This document shows, in pieces, positions 11,027-21,747 of a stretch of 64,000 nucleotides of DNA (positions within the stretch are counted from its first letter, which is position 1; the number at the start of each line of letters is the position of its first letter). The notes under the pieces are model-generated. The model was not told where the DNA came from. It was given only the letters and a program-made list of their open reading frames with translations, and made no database searches. The position numbers and the translations under genes are program-made. The stretch is from assembly GCA_963798055.1 (NCBI GenBank), contig CAWCRX010000022.1:345201-409200 (forward strand). Reading direction: 5' to 3'. The stretch is from an uncultured Actinomycetota bacterium (GTDB taxonomy: Bacteria; Actinomycetota; Actinomycetes; Propionibacteriales; Nocardioidaceae).

Positions 11027-11346
11027 GCACCCTCCAGTGCCCCGCCACCCTGCTGCTCGCCCCGCTCGGCGTCGCGCTGCCCAGGGGCATCCGGGTGGCG
11101 CAGGAGTGGACCCCTGACGAGTGGCTGCTGTCGGACGACGTACCCACGTTGCGCGAAGCGCTCTCCGGGATCGCCGACCAGACGCCCGGCGAGACCACTC
11201 TTGTTCCGGTGCTCGACGATCGGCTGCGCGCGGCCCTGCCACGGCTGGCCCGGATCGAGGTGGACCCGGACCAGCTGCGTGACGCTGGCGTGCTCGCCCT
11301 CGAGATCGATGCCGACGACTGGGTCGTCCGCGCCGTCAGGGCGTGA
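11023..11346 (+). CDS. Hypothetical protein resembling a degenerate histidine-phosphatase-family protein
   Basis: MSTLQCPATLLL..ALSGIADQTPGETTLV..LEIDADDWV; ATGA overlap with the GH16 gene; no RHG motif. Confidence 0.55.
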   Translation: MSTLQCPATLLLAPLGVALPRGIRVAQEWTPDEWLLSDDVPTLREALSGIADQTPGETTLVPVLDDRLRAALPRLARIEVDPDQLRDAGVLALEIDADDWVVRAVRA

Positions 11347-12256
11347 GCACGTAGCGGCCGCGCACCCCGCCCTTGGCCACCGCCCGATGGACGTCGGCCA
11401 CGTCTTCCAGCGGCACGACGGCGTGCACCCGGGCCGGCAGCTCGCCGAGTCGCCGTCCGCTCCAGCAGCTCGCCCACGCGGGCTCCGTCGGGGCCGTGAC
11501 GACGACGTCGATCCGGATGCCGCGCTCGGCTGCCGGCTGGGCGCTCGGCTGGACGCCGACGAAGCAGGCCGCCGTCGCGGACCAGGGCCACGCCCGGCTC
11601 CTGGAGGACTCCGCCGTCGGCGACGGCGTCCCATCCGGGCTGGCCTCCGCGATGAAGTCCACGCCGAGGCTGCGGACGAACTCCTCGTCCTCGGCCCGGG
11701 CCAGGCCGGTGACCTGCCAGCCGCGTTCGCCGGCCAGCAGCGGCGACGTACGCACCGACCGCTCCCGCCGCCCCGGTCACCAGCAGACGGTTCGCCTCGG
11801 CCGGGCGCGTCGCCGAGCAGGTCGACGATCTGGGATGCGGTCAGGGCGTTGAGCGGAACCGTCGACGCAGCGACCAGGTCGAGCCCGTCGGGTACGACGG
11901 CGAGGTTGCGCGACCGGCACGACGAGCTGCTCGGCGTACGTGCCGAAGTCGCGGTCGAAGCCGTCGATCATGCCGGCGACCCTGGTGCCGGACGGCCAGG
12001 TCCACGCCCGGGCCGGCGGCGGCGACGGTCCCGGCGAAGTCCCAGCCCAGGCCGGTGTGATCGGGCTGGTGGACCAGCCCGAGGCCGTGGAAGACGCCTC
12101 CGGCGACCCCGAGGTCCACGGGGTTGACCGCTGCGGCAGCGATCTCGACCCGGACCTCGCCGGCCCCGGGCTCGCGACCGGGACCTCGATGATCTCGATC
12201 GAGTCGGGACCGCCCGGGGTGCGCACGACTGCGGTACGGAAGGTGGTGGTGTTCAT
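11336..12256 (-). CDS. NADP-dependent oxidoreductase, MDR/quinone reductase family (several frameshifts)
   Basis: Fragments across frames: PGGPDSIEI, VRVEIAAAAVNPVD, GWDFAGTV, GTYAEQLVV, VTGAAGAVG and GGVRGRYVL. Confidence 0.8.
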
Positions 12257-12323
12257 GGTTTCGCTCCTCTTGCTTGATTGCTCCTTTCACTCCACAATGG
12301 TTGGGTAACTCTCTATTGGGAAG

Positions 12324-12343
12324 TACGCACTCGAAAGTGCGTA
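12324..12343. promoter_or_regulatory. Palindrome, candidate HxlR-family operator
   Basis: TACGCACT-CGAA-AGTGCGTA between the divergent oxidoreductase and regulator genes. Confidence 0.6.
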
Positions 12344-12374
12344 GGTCACCCAGCGGTAAGAACGGAGCGGCTCC

Positions 12375-12779
12375 ATGCCGACGATGACGGCGGCCCAGAA
12401 GCGGTCGCAGGCGAAGGTCGAGTACGACGCGTTCCTGGCCGGCTGCCCCAGCCGCCAGCTCCTCGACCGCATCTCCGACAAGTGGGTCGCGCTGATCCTG
12501 GCCGCCCTCGAGAGCGACGACGAGCCGCGCTCGATGCGCTACTCCGAGCTGTCCCGCCGGCTCGCGGGCGTCAGCCAGAAGATGCTCACGCAGACGCTGC
12601 GCTCCCTCGAGCGCGACGGCCTGCTCACCCGGACGGTGACGCCGACCGTGCCGGTGACGGTCACCTACGAGCTGACCGAGCTAGGCCTCTCGCTCCAGCA
12701 GGTGATGTGGGGCTTCAAGAGATGGGCAGAGGCCCACATGGACCAGGTCCTGGCCAACCGCGAGGCGTACGACGCCTAG
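12375..12779 (+). CDS. HxlR family winged-helix regulator
   Basis: CPSRQLLDRISDKW, GVSQKMLTQTLRSLERDGL and VTYELTELG. Confidence 0.93.
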   Translation: MPTMTAAQKRSQAKVEYDAFLAGCPSRQLLDRISDKWVALILAALESDDEPRSMRYSELSRRLAGVSQKMLTQTLRSLERDGLLTRTVTPTVPVTVTYELTELGLSLQQVMWGFKRWAEAHMDQVLANREAYDA

Positions 12780-13762
12780 CTTTCGCTGGTCTCGCTCGGC
12801 TCCTCGTCGCTGTGGATGTCGATCCGCCAGCCGGTGAGCCGGGCGGCGAGCCGGGCGTTCTGGCCCTCCTTGCCGATCGCGAGCGACAGCTGGTAGTCGG
12901 GGACGACGACCCTGGCCGACTTCGCGGCGGCGTCGACGATCTCGACGGCACTCACCCGGCCGGCGAGAGCGCGCTGGCCACGAGCACCTGGGGATCCTCC
13001 GACCAGTCGACGATGTCGATCTTCTCGCCGTGCAGCTCCGCCATCACGTTGCGCACCCGCTGGCCCATCGGGCCGATGCAGGCTCCCTTGGCGTTCACGC
13101 CCTGGGCGTCGGTCCACACCGCGATCTTGGTGCGGTGGCCGGCCTCGCGGGCGATCGCCGAGATCTCGACGGTGCCGTCTGCGATCTCGGGCACCTCGAG
13201 TGCGAACAGCTTCTTCACCAGGTTGGGGTGGGAGCGCGAGAGGGTGATCTGCGGGCCACGCATGCCCTTGCGCACCGACACCACCAGGCACTTGATCCGG
13301 GTGCCGTGCTGGTAGTCCTCGCCCGGCACCCGCTCGCTCGACCGGCAGCAGCGCCTCGAGCTTGCCGAGGTCGACCATCACGTCGTCGGGGTTGCGACCC
13401 TGCTGGATCACCCCGGAGATGATGTCGCCCTCCTTGCCGGAGAACTCGCCGAACCTGATGTCGTCCTCGGCGTCGCGCAGCCGCTGCAGCATGATCTGCT
13501 TCGCGGTCGTGGCGGCGATCCGGCCGAATCCCTCGGGGGTGTCTTCGTACTCCCCGACGACCTCGCCCTCGTCGTCGACCTCCGAGGCCAGCACGGTGAC
13601 GTGCCCGGACTTGCGGTCGAGCACCACCCTCGCCTTCTCCTGCGCCCCCGGCGTCTTGTGGTACGCCGTCAGCAGGGCCTGCTCGATCGCCTCGACGAGC
13701 ACGTCGAAGGAGATCTCCTTCTCGCGCTCCAGCATGCGCAGGATGCTCAGGTCGATGTCCAT
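12776..13762 (-). CDS. nusA: Transcription termination factor NusA (compensating frameshifts near 13335 and 12960)
   Basis: [40 protein letters not shown] and [26 protein letters not shown]. Confidence 0.96.
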   Translation of the reverse strand: MDIDLSILRMLEREKEISFDVLVEAIEQALLTAYHKTPGAQEKARVVLDRKSGHVTVLASEVDDEGEVVGEYEDTPEGFGRIAATTAKQIMLQRLRDAEDDIRFGEFSGKEGDIISGVIQQGRNPDDVMVDLGKLEALLPVERAGAGRGLPARHPDQVPGGVGAQGHAWPADHPLALPPQPGEEAVRTRGARDRRRHRRDLGDRPRGRPPHQDRGVDRRPGRERQGSLHRPDGPAGAQRDGGAARREDRHRRLVGGSPGARGQRALAGRVSAVEIVDAAAKSARVVVPDYQLSLAIGKEGQNARLAARLTGWRIDIHSDEEPSETSES

Positions 13763-14247
13763 CAGTCGTCGTCCTTCTTCTTGCGGTTGAACTCGATCTG
13801 GACCATCGCCTTCTGCACCTGCGCGAAGTCGATCTCGTTGCTGGGTGCCGGACGACATCCAGTGTGGCGCCTTGGTCGGTCGTTGCCACGATCCGTCCCT
13901 CGATGGTCGTCCTCGTCGTCGAGCGTCACTTTCACCAGTCGGTCGAGGTTGCGGCGCCAGTGCCGCGGCAGGGTCAACGGCCGGTCCACACCGCGGGAGG
14001 TCACCTCGAGCGTGTAGGGCTGCTGGCCCATCACGTCGGAGTCGTCGAGGACCCGGCTGACCTCACGGGTCGCCGCCGCGACCTCGTCGAGCGTCACGCC
14101 ACCGTCCTTGTCGACGGCCACTCGGAGCACCCGGCGCTTGCCGGCAGGAGTCACCTCGACGGACTCGACGTCGAGGCCCTGGGCAGCAAGGGGGTCGACC
14201 AGCTCCGCCTCGATCCGCTCCGCGGCCGTCGTCCGGCTGGCGCTCAT
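13762..14247 (-). CDS. rimP: Ribosome maturation factor RimP (local indels near 13850-13900)
   Basis: YTLEVTSRGVDRPL and KAMVQIEFNR; directly upstream of nusA. Confidence 0.93.
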   Translation of the reverse strand: MSASRTTAAERIEAELVDPLAAQGLDVESVEVTPAGKRRVLRVAVDKDGGVTLDEVAAATREVSRVLDDSDVMGQQPYTLEVTSRGVDRPLTLPRHWRRNLDRLVKVTLDDEDDHRGTDRGNDRPRRHTGCRPAPSNEIDFAQVQKAMVQIEFNRKKKDDD

Positions 14248-14338
14248 CGGTGTCGACCTCCCTGTGCTGTTGTGGTGGTGCTTCTCCACGATAGCGGCTG
14301 CGCGAGGGAGGTCGAACACCCGGAGATAGGGTCGCCGC

Positions 14339-14807
14339 GTGTCCGCCGCCCACCTCGTCACCAGCCGTCGTACGGCGTTGGGCGGGGCGCTCGCAGGACT
14401 GGTCGCCGTCACCGGGTGCGACGACGAACCCGGCCCCGCACCGACGCCCGGAACCGCCACGACTCCGTCAGGCGACGGGGACACCGCGCTGGTCGACGAG
14501 CTGATCGAGCTCATGGCCGAGACCGCCGGGCTCGTGGCGCTGGCCCGCAAGTCACATCGCGACCTGCGCCCGACGTTGCGTCCCCTCGCCCAGATGCATG
14601 TCGCGCATCAGGAGGCGCTCGACCCGGATGGCGTCGACGCGGCCGTCATCGACTGGTCCCACCGGCCTCCCCCAGGTCCGCAGGGCCGAGTCGACGCTGC
14701 AGCGTCACCTGACCGACGCGGCGGTCGCCGCCGAGAGCGGCGCGCTGGCCGGACTGCTGGCCTCGATGGCCGCCGCGATCGCCCAGCACCTGGCGGTCCT
14801 GCCATGA
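14339..14807 (+). CDS. Probable Tat lipoprotein (frameshift near 14660)
   Basis: SRRTALGG..VTGC signal; C-terminus LAGLLASMAAAIAQHL; usual partner of DUF4439. Confidence 0.7.
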
Positions 14808-15238
14808 CCTACGTCGAGGCCCTCCGGACCACCCTGGCCGGCGAGCACGCCGCGCTCTATGTGTACGGCGCGCTCGGTGCCCAGACCTCTCAGTCCGGCG
14901 CACCGACGCTGTACGCCGCGCTCACCGACGCCTACGAGGCGCACCGCGCCAGGCGGGATCGGCTGGTCGCGATCCTGATCGACCTGGGTGCCGCGCCGGT
15001 GGCGGCGGAGCCGGCGTACGAGCTGCCCGCGGATCTCGGCAGCGCCGACGCGGTCACCGACCGGGCCCTGGAGCTCGAGCGCTCCTGCGCCGCGACCTAC
15101 GCGTACCTGGTGGCGAACAGCCCGACCGAGGAGCGCCGGTTCGCGGTGAACCTGCTGATACAGACAGCGGTCCGCGAACTCGCCTTCCGAGGAACCCCCG
15201 AGACGTTCCCCGGAAAGGACGAGTACGCGGACCGCTAG
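14804..15238 (+). CDS. Ferritin-like DUF4439 protein
   Basis: ALRTTLAGEHAALYVYG..HRARRD..FPG. Confidence 0.85.
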   Translation: MTYVEALRTTLAGEHAALYVYGALGAQTSQSGAPTLYAALTDAYEAHRARRDRLVAILIDLGAAPVAAEPAYELPADLGSADAVTDRALELERSCAATYAYLVANSPTEERRFAVNLLIQTAVRELAFRGTPETFPGKDEYADR

Positions 15239-15398
15239 TTGGCCTGGGACAGAGGCCTGAGGGAGATGCGGGGTGGGATCCGACTGTTTCTCCCTCGACA
15301 CGTAGTCTGCGGGTTCGACCGGCTGCATGAAACTGCTGCGCTGACTCACATAACTGCATTGCACAAACCTGCAGTTCCTGCCCCCGCCCGGGCCAGGC

Positions 15399-16317
15399 TC
15401 AGCCTCGATACGCCGTCCACATCTGGGACATCCGCGAGCTCTGGCCCTGGGTGAACTGGTTGTAGCAAGAGTCGTAGCTGTAGTCCATGTAGTTGTGGAT
15501 CGGGTCGGTGCCCGGCAGCGAGCAGGTGTCGGCCCCGACCGGGCAGCCGCTGCTCGGCCCGCCCTGGGCGGGGGTGTCCGAGACCTCGTCGTTCGTCGAC
15601 GTACACCCGCCCTGGAACGTGTGGTAGAGCCCGAGCCAGTGGCCGGCCTCGTGGGTGGCGGTCTCGCCCAGGTTGAAGTTCGTGGCGTCACCGCCCGGCA
15701 GCGAGGCGTAGTTGCACCCGGATCCCGTCAACCGACGGATCGCTGCTGTAGTCCCACGGGAACGTGGCGATGCCGAGGTAGGAGAAGTCGACCAGCCAGA
15801 TGTTCAGCGCGTCGGAGCCACCCTGCCGGGTCTGCGACCGGTAGGTGCGGCTGGCGCCGTCCCGATGCCAGGTGTCGTTGTAGAACCGGTCGGTGCCGGC
15901 GAGCGAGAAAGAGAAGCCGGTGTTGGCGGCCTCGCTCGACTCCGCTCCTGCGTAGGTCGCGTTGAGGACGTCGATCTGGTCGGCGATCTGGCCATCGGTG
16001 ACGTCGCCTTGGCCAGAGCTGCCGGCCATCACGTGCACGTAGACCGGGATCGTCGCGGCAACCTTCTTCTTGCGGTTCGAGACCCGGTCGAGGATCCGGT
16101 CGGTGCGATTCTCGATCCGACGCTGCTCGGCCGCGCTGATGTCGCGGTGGTCGAGAGCGCGGCCGCCACGGGCTCCCGCGGCGTCCTCATGCTGATGACA
16201 CTCCTGACCTCCGGTGGGGCCGGCCGTCGTCGCGGCGGACGCGGTCACGGCACTGAGTGCCAGAGTTGCGGCGCCGACCGTGGTGACGGCCATCAGGCGC
16301 AGGGCGATGTTGTGCAT
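15399..16317 (-). CDS. Secreted zinc metalloprotease, M43 (pappalysin/ulilysin) family (indels near 15720)
   Basis: Signal peptide; [25 protein letters not shown] and HNYMDYS. Confidence 0.9.
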
Positions 16318-16461
16318 GAAAGGGTGATCCCTTCTTCGGGCCCGCCGTCCGAGTACGACGGGCAACGCCGCAAACTCTCGCCCTCGGGGCCGCCTCCGGC
16401 CACGATCTTCCGGGTGCAGGTTCGTGCGATGCACAAACGTGCAGAAAGTAAAGGCGCGCAG

Positions 16462-17167
16462 TCAGGCCCAGCCGGACACGATCTTGCCGACGTCGGAGAG
16501 CCGGTGGGCGACCGCGTCCGGCTCGCCCTCGGTGTGCCCGATCTGCTCGACGGGGATGTTGCTGTGTGGGATATGGATGGCTCGGAGCCCGGCGTTGTGG
16601 GCGCCCCAGATGTCGTCGAAGAGCCGGTCGCCGACGTAGACACAGCGCGCCGGGTCCTCCACGCCGACCGCCGCCAGCGCCGCTCGCGAACGCCTGCGCC
16701 GACGGCTTCGTCCACGGGATCTCGGAGGTGTAGACATCGCCGTCGATCAGGTCGAGTACGCCGTCGCGCTCGAAGATCTGCTCGTGGAAGCTCCGCGGCC
16801 AGATCGTGTTGGACAGCACGCCGACCTTGATCGCGTCGGCGCGCAGCGCCTCCCAGAGCGGTCGGACCTCGGGGTCGGTGCCGGTGTGCGGCTCCCAGAA
16901 CTCGTAGTAGGCGTCGAGCAGGTCGGGGTCGTGCTCGAGTCCCGCCTCGGTGAACAGGTCGTCGACCGTGGCGCTCTGCTGCAGGTCACGGGAGCGTCCC
17001 CAGATCACCGCGCCGGCCTCGTGCAGGCGCTGCCGGGTGACCTCCACGTCGTGGTCGGCGTTGACCACCGCCTGCGCCAGGGCCAGCGACTCGGCGTGGA
17101 AGTCGATGTCGTGCCAGCGGGTCAGGGTCCCGCCCCAGTCGAAGATGACGGCGTCTACTCCAGGCAT
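16462..17167 (-). CDS. HAD family hydrolase (frameshift near 16685)
   Basis: IFDWGGTL, LSNT, WTKP and YVGDRLFDDIWGA. Confidence 0.88.
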
Positions 17168-17177
17168 GGCCCGGAGG

Positions 17178-18029
17178 TTAGCCGGAGGTTCCCCCGACGA
17201 ACGAAACGATTTCGGCGGCAAGCCGCTCCGGCTGGTCGAGCGCCACGAACGTCCCGGCGTCCGGGATCCGCACCAGCCGGGCATCGGGGAACGTGGTCGC
17301 CAGCCGCTCGCCGAGCGCGATCTTGAAGAACCGGTCCTCCGGTGCCCAGGCGATCAGCACCGGGCGGTCGAACTTCGGTCCAGGCGCGTCGCCACGTCCG
17401 CGAGGTCCTTCGAGTTCCAGCCCTTCAGGAATCGGGCCGTGTCGCGGCGTACCCCCTTCTCGGTGAGCGCCGGGCGCAGCCAGCGCTCGGTCTCCTGCGG
17501 CCGTGATCGGGCGCTTGGTGAGCGGCCCGAAGCCGAGCGGCCCTCGCGCCACGGCGGACCAGCGCATCGGCTGCAGCGCCACCTTCGTGGCGATGGGGTG
17601 GCGGCCGAGTCGGAAGAGCAGGTTGAACGGGAACGGCGGGAAGGTGTCGAACGCGTCGCAGTTGGTCAGCACCAGCCGGCCGATCCGAGAGGCGTCCTCG
17701 TCGAGCAGGAACTGGCACACCGCTCCCCCGGTGTCGTTGCCGACCAGCACGACGTCACGCAGGTCGAGCGCCTCGAGGAAGCTGAGGATGATCCGCGCGA
17801 CGGCACGAGGGCTGAGCTCGGCGTCCGGCTTCATCGGCGTCGGTTGCGACGCGAGCGGCCAGGTCGGCGCATAGGTCCGGAAGCCGGCCTCGGCCACCCG
17901 CTCCGGCACATCGGCCCAGAGCGTGTCGTCGACCAGGAAGCCGTGCACGAAGACCATCGGCGGGCCGTCCTCGGGTCCGGACACTCGGTAGTGGATGGTC
18001 CCCGCCGGCAAGTCGATCGTGGTCCTCAT
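17178..18029 (-). CDS. Alpha/beta hydrolase (compensating indels near 17500 and 17380)
   Basis: FVHGFL, GNDTGG nucleophile elbow and AWAPEDRFF. Confidence 0.87.
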   Translation of the reverse strand: MRTTIDLPAGTIHYRVSGPEDGPPMVFVHGFLVDDTLWADVPERVAEAGFRTYAPTWPLASQPTPMKPDAELSPRAVARIILSFLEALDLRDVVLVGNDTGGAVCQFLLDEDASRIGRLVLTNCDAFDTFPPFPFNLLFRLGRHPIATKVALQPMRWSAVARGPLGFGPLTKRPITAAGDRALAAPGAHREGGTPRHGPIPEGLELEGPRGRGDAPGPKFDRPVLIAWAPEDRFFKIALGERLATTFPDARLVRIPDAGTFVALDQPERLAAEIVSFVGGTSG

Positions 18030-18050
18030 GGTTGCGCTCCAGTATGGTTG

Positions 18051-18087
18051 CGTACAGGATGTATGTAACTTACGGACAGGGTGTATG
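18051..18087. promoter_or_regulatory. Two tandem candidate TetR operators
   Basis: CGTACAGGATGTATG and CGGACAGGGTGTATG repeated at a 22-bp period between divergent genes. Confidence 0.55.
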
Positions 18088-18685
18088 AAAAGCAAGCGCA
18101 CTCAAGCGGACCGCTCCGCGGCGACCCGTGGCGGCGTTGGTCACAGCGGCCCGCCCCCTCTTCGCCGCCAAGGGGTACGCCGCCGTCGGCACCGACGAGG
18201 TGGCCCGGGCGGCGGGCGTGACCCGGGGCGCGCTCTACCACCAGTTCGCCGGCAAGGAGGAGCTGTTCGCGGCGGTGTTCGAGCAGGTCGAGGCGGAGAT
18301 ATCCGACGGGATCGCGGCCGGGCTGCTGGCGGGCGGCGGCGATCCAGCTCGGGTCCTGCACGACGGCATCGACGCCTGGCTCGCCGTCTGCGCCGAGCCC
18401 GAGGTGCACCGGATCGTGCTGATCGACGCGCCGGCCGCGATCGGCTGGGAACGGTGGCGCGAGATCGGCCAGCGGTACGGCGTCGGCCTGGTCGAGGCTG
18501 CCGTCCAGTCGCTGATGGACGAAGGCGTGTTGGCCGCGCAGCCGGTCCGCCCGCTCGCGCACGTGCTGATCGGTGCCCTCGAGGAGGCGGCGCTCTACGC
18601 GGCGCGCGCCGATGACCGCGAGACCGCGACCGCCGAGGTACGGGCCGCGCTGGTCGCGCTGGTCGACGGGCTGCTCAGGTCCTGA
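18085..18685 (+). CDS. TetR family regulator (frameshift near 18128)
   Basis: [15 protein letters not shown] then [28 protein letters not shown]. Confidence 0.9.
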
Positions 18686-20445
18686 CCAGACGCACCAGAT
18701 GGTCGACGACATGGTCGGCGTTGACGTCCTCGCGCTCGCCGGACCGGCGGTCCTTCACCTCGATCACCCCGTCGGCGAGACCCTTGCCGACCACGACGAT
18801 CGTCGGGACGCCGATCAGCTCGGCGTCCTTGAACTTCACGCCGGGGCTGATCTTGCCGGCGCGGTCGTCGTAGATCACTTCCACACCGGCGCGGTCCAGC
18901 TCGTGCGCGATCCGCTCCGCCGCGGAGACGATCGCGTCGTCCTTGCCTGCGGCCACGAGGTGTACGTCGGCGGGCGCCACGTTGCGTGGCCAGCAGAGCC
19001 CGATGTCGTCGAGCGTGCCCTCGGCGATCGCCGCCACGCCTCGGGAGGGGCCGATCCCGTAGGAGCCCATGGTGACCGTGACCAGCTTGCCCTGCTCGTC
19101 GAGCACCTGCAGGTCGAGCGCCTCGGCGTACTTGCGGCCGAGCTGGAAGATGTGGCCCATCTCGATGCCGCGGGCGGACTCCAGGGAGCCCTCGTCGCAG
19201 TTCGGGCAGGCGTCGCCGTCGCGCACGTCGGCCGCCTCGATCGTGCCGTCGGGGGTGAAGTCGCGCCCGACCACCAGATCGAGGACGTGGCTGCCGTCCA
19301 CGTCGGCGCCGGTCACCCAGCGGGTCCCCTCGACGACCCGGGGGTCGACGAGGAAACGGATGCCGGTGGCATTGTTCTCACCCAGCACGCCAGGCCCGAT
19401 GTAGCCCTTGGCCAGCGCGGGGAACTTCTTGAACTCGGCTTCGTCGAACGGCTCTACCTCGGTGGGCTCGAGCTGCCCCTCGAGCCGCTTCTGGTCCACC
19501 TCGCGGTCTCCGGGTACGCCGATCGCGACCGGCTCGCGGGTGCCGTCGGGGTGCTTGAGCACGACGAGCACGTTCTTGAGCGTGTCGGCGGCCGCCCAGG
19601 GACGGTCGTCGCGCGGGAACTTCTCGTTGAGGTGGTTCACGAGCGTCTCGATGGTGGGCGTGTCCGGCGTCTGCTCGGCGTGTGCGGCCGGGGCGTCGTC
19701 ATACGACACCGGGGCGGGAGCACGCACCTGCACGGCCTCGACGTTGGCGGCGTAGTCGCACTTGGTGCAGCGCACGTAGGTGTCCTCGCCGACGTCGGCC
19801 TTGGCGAGGAACTCCTCGGACTTCGACCCGCCCATCGCCCCGGACGTGGCCTTCACGATCACGTACTCGAAGCCGAGCCGGTCGAAGATCCGCACGTACG
19901 CGTCGCGGTGCTTCTGGTAGCTGACGTCCAGGCCGGCGTCGTCCACGTCGAAGGAGTAGGAGTCCTTCATCCTGAACTCGCGGCCGCGGAGCACGCCGGC
20001 CCGGGGCCGCGCCTCGTCGCGGTACTTCGTCTGGATCTGGTAGAGCGTCAGCGGCAGGTCCTTGTACGAGGAGTACATGTCCTTCACGACGAGCGTGAAC
20101 ATCTCTTCGTGCGTCGGTCCGAGCAGGTAGTCGGCGCCCTTGCGGTCCTGGAGCCGGAACAGCGAGTCGCCGTACTCCGTCCAGCGACCGGTGTCCTCGT
20201 AGGGCTCGCGCGGCAGCAGGGCAGGGAAGGACAGCTCCTGGCCGCCGATCGAGTCCATCTCGTCGCGGACGATCTGCTCGATCTTGCGCAGCACCCGGAG
20301 GCCCAGCGGGAGCCAGGTGTACATGCCGGGCGAGGTCGCGGCGGATGTAGCCCGCGCGGAGGAGCAGCCGGTGGCTCGGCACCTCGGCGTCCGCGGGGTC
20401 CTCTCGCAGGGTCCGCACGAACAGGCTCGACATCCGCAGAATCAT
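18675..20445 (-). CDS. proS: Proline--tRNA ligase (frameshift near 20335)
   Basis: [40 protein letters not shown] and [11 protein letters not shown]. Confidence 0.97.
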
Positions 20446-20487
20446 GGGCGACAGGCTACGGCCCGGTCCGCGGGTGCTGCGAAGCAG

Positions 20488-20859
20488 TTACCGGGTGCGG
20501 GTGGCGGCGTACCCGGCCTTGATCATCGGCCACTGCATCGGCAGCCGCGCGATGGAGGCGGCCTGCAGCGCCCGGTTGTCTGTCTTCATCGCGTCCACGG
20601 CCATCTTGATGTTGCCGGGGAACACCCCGATCAGCAGCGCGACGCTCCCCCAGCCGGCGAGCCGGCGGGTCGGCGGCAGCAGCAGGCCGGCGGCCGCCGC
20701 CAGCTCGGCGACGCCGCTGCCGAGGATGACCTCGCGGTGTGCCGGGACCCACGACGGCATCAGCGGCTCGTAGGTCTGCGGTCGGACCAGGTGGATGGTG
20801 CCGCTGACGGCGAACAGGCCGGCCAGCACCTTGCTGCTCCTCGGAAGGCTCACCGGCAC
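20488..20859 (-). CDS. DoxX-like membrane protein
   Basis: SGTIHLVRP..SGVAE..VFPGNI..RLPMQ; transmembrane segments. Confidence 0.75.
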   Translation of the reverse strand: MPVSLPRSSKVLAGLFAVSGTIHLVRPQTYEPLMPSWVPAHREVILGSGVAELAAAAGLLLPPTRRLAGWGSVALLIGVFPGNIKMAVDAMKTDNRALQAASIARLPMQWPMIKAGYAATRTR

Positions 20860-20865
20860 ACCCTC

Positions 20866-21712
20866 TCAGAACATGACGGTGGAGAACGTGGTCGTCTCTC
20901 GGAATCCGACCCGCTCGTAGGCCCGCCGCGCGGGCTGGTTCCAGGCGTTGACGTACAGCGACACGGTCGGCGCGATCGTGGCCTGGACCTGCTCGACCAC
21001 GGCCGCCATGCCGGCCACGGCCAGGCCCTCACCGCGGCGCTCCGGCGGCACCCAGACCCCCTGGACCTGCGCCGCCTCGGGCGTCGCACAGGCCACCTCG
21101 GCCTTGAACACGACCTGGCCGCGCTCGAACCGCGCGAACGACCAGCCCCGGCTCATCAGCTGGGTGACCCGCGCTCGATAGAGATCGGCGCCGCCACCCG
21201 CCTCGGGCGAGACCCCGACCTCCTCGGTGTACATCGCCACGCAGGCGGGGTAGATCGCGGACAGGTCCCGGCGCTCGGTACGGCGGACCTGCGGGTCCGC
21301 CGCCACCTTCGACGGGCCGTCGATCACCATGTGCGGCTGCTCCCAGCTGAGTTTCGCGGGGCCGGCCCCAGGTCTCGGCCACCTCGTCCCAGAACGGTCG
21401 CACGGCGGCATGCGGTCCGACGATCGTGGACACGCTTCGGTGCCGGGTGAGGGCGCGCTCGGCGAACGCGCGGGCATCCTCGGGCTGGGCCTGCACCGGC
21501 ACCAGGTTGGCCCCGACGTGGCAGGCCGCGATCAGCTCGCCCTCGTCGTACCGACCCCACACCTCGCCGCCGAGCCAGCGCGGCTCGAGGCTGGTCGTCC
21601 GCGCCCGGTAGGCGGCGAAAACGTTGACGACCGGGTCCTTCGCGGTCAGCGCGAGGAACGCGTCCAGGTCGGTCGTCCCCAGGAGGCGGACGCCGTGGCG
21701 GGTCGTCGGCAC
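20866..21712 (-). CDS. GNAT acetyltransferase with DUF4081 (frameshift near 21352)
   Basis: GANLVPV, MYTEEVGVSP, VQGVWV..RRGEG and SLYVN..ARRAYERVGF; downstream of ispG. Confidence 0.88.
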
Positions 21713-21747
21713 GCGCGAAGCCTAATGCCCTGGAATGCGCTGCCGTT

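Noticed and set aside
14339-15238. Apparent lipoprotein-DUF4439 fusion
   Set aside because: An indel near 14660 explains it; correction gives two genes with an ATGA overlap.
15343-15370. Possible dif site (TTATGTGAGT on the minus strand)
   Set aside because: The left arm and spacer do not fit the XerC/XerD consensus.
6984-20445. Programmed frameshifting or pseudogenisation of infB, nusA and proS
   Set aside because: There are no consistent slippery sites, and indels are spread evenly over all gene classes, which fits sequencing error.
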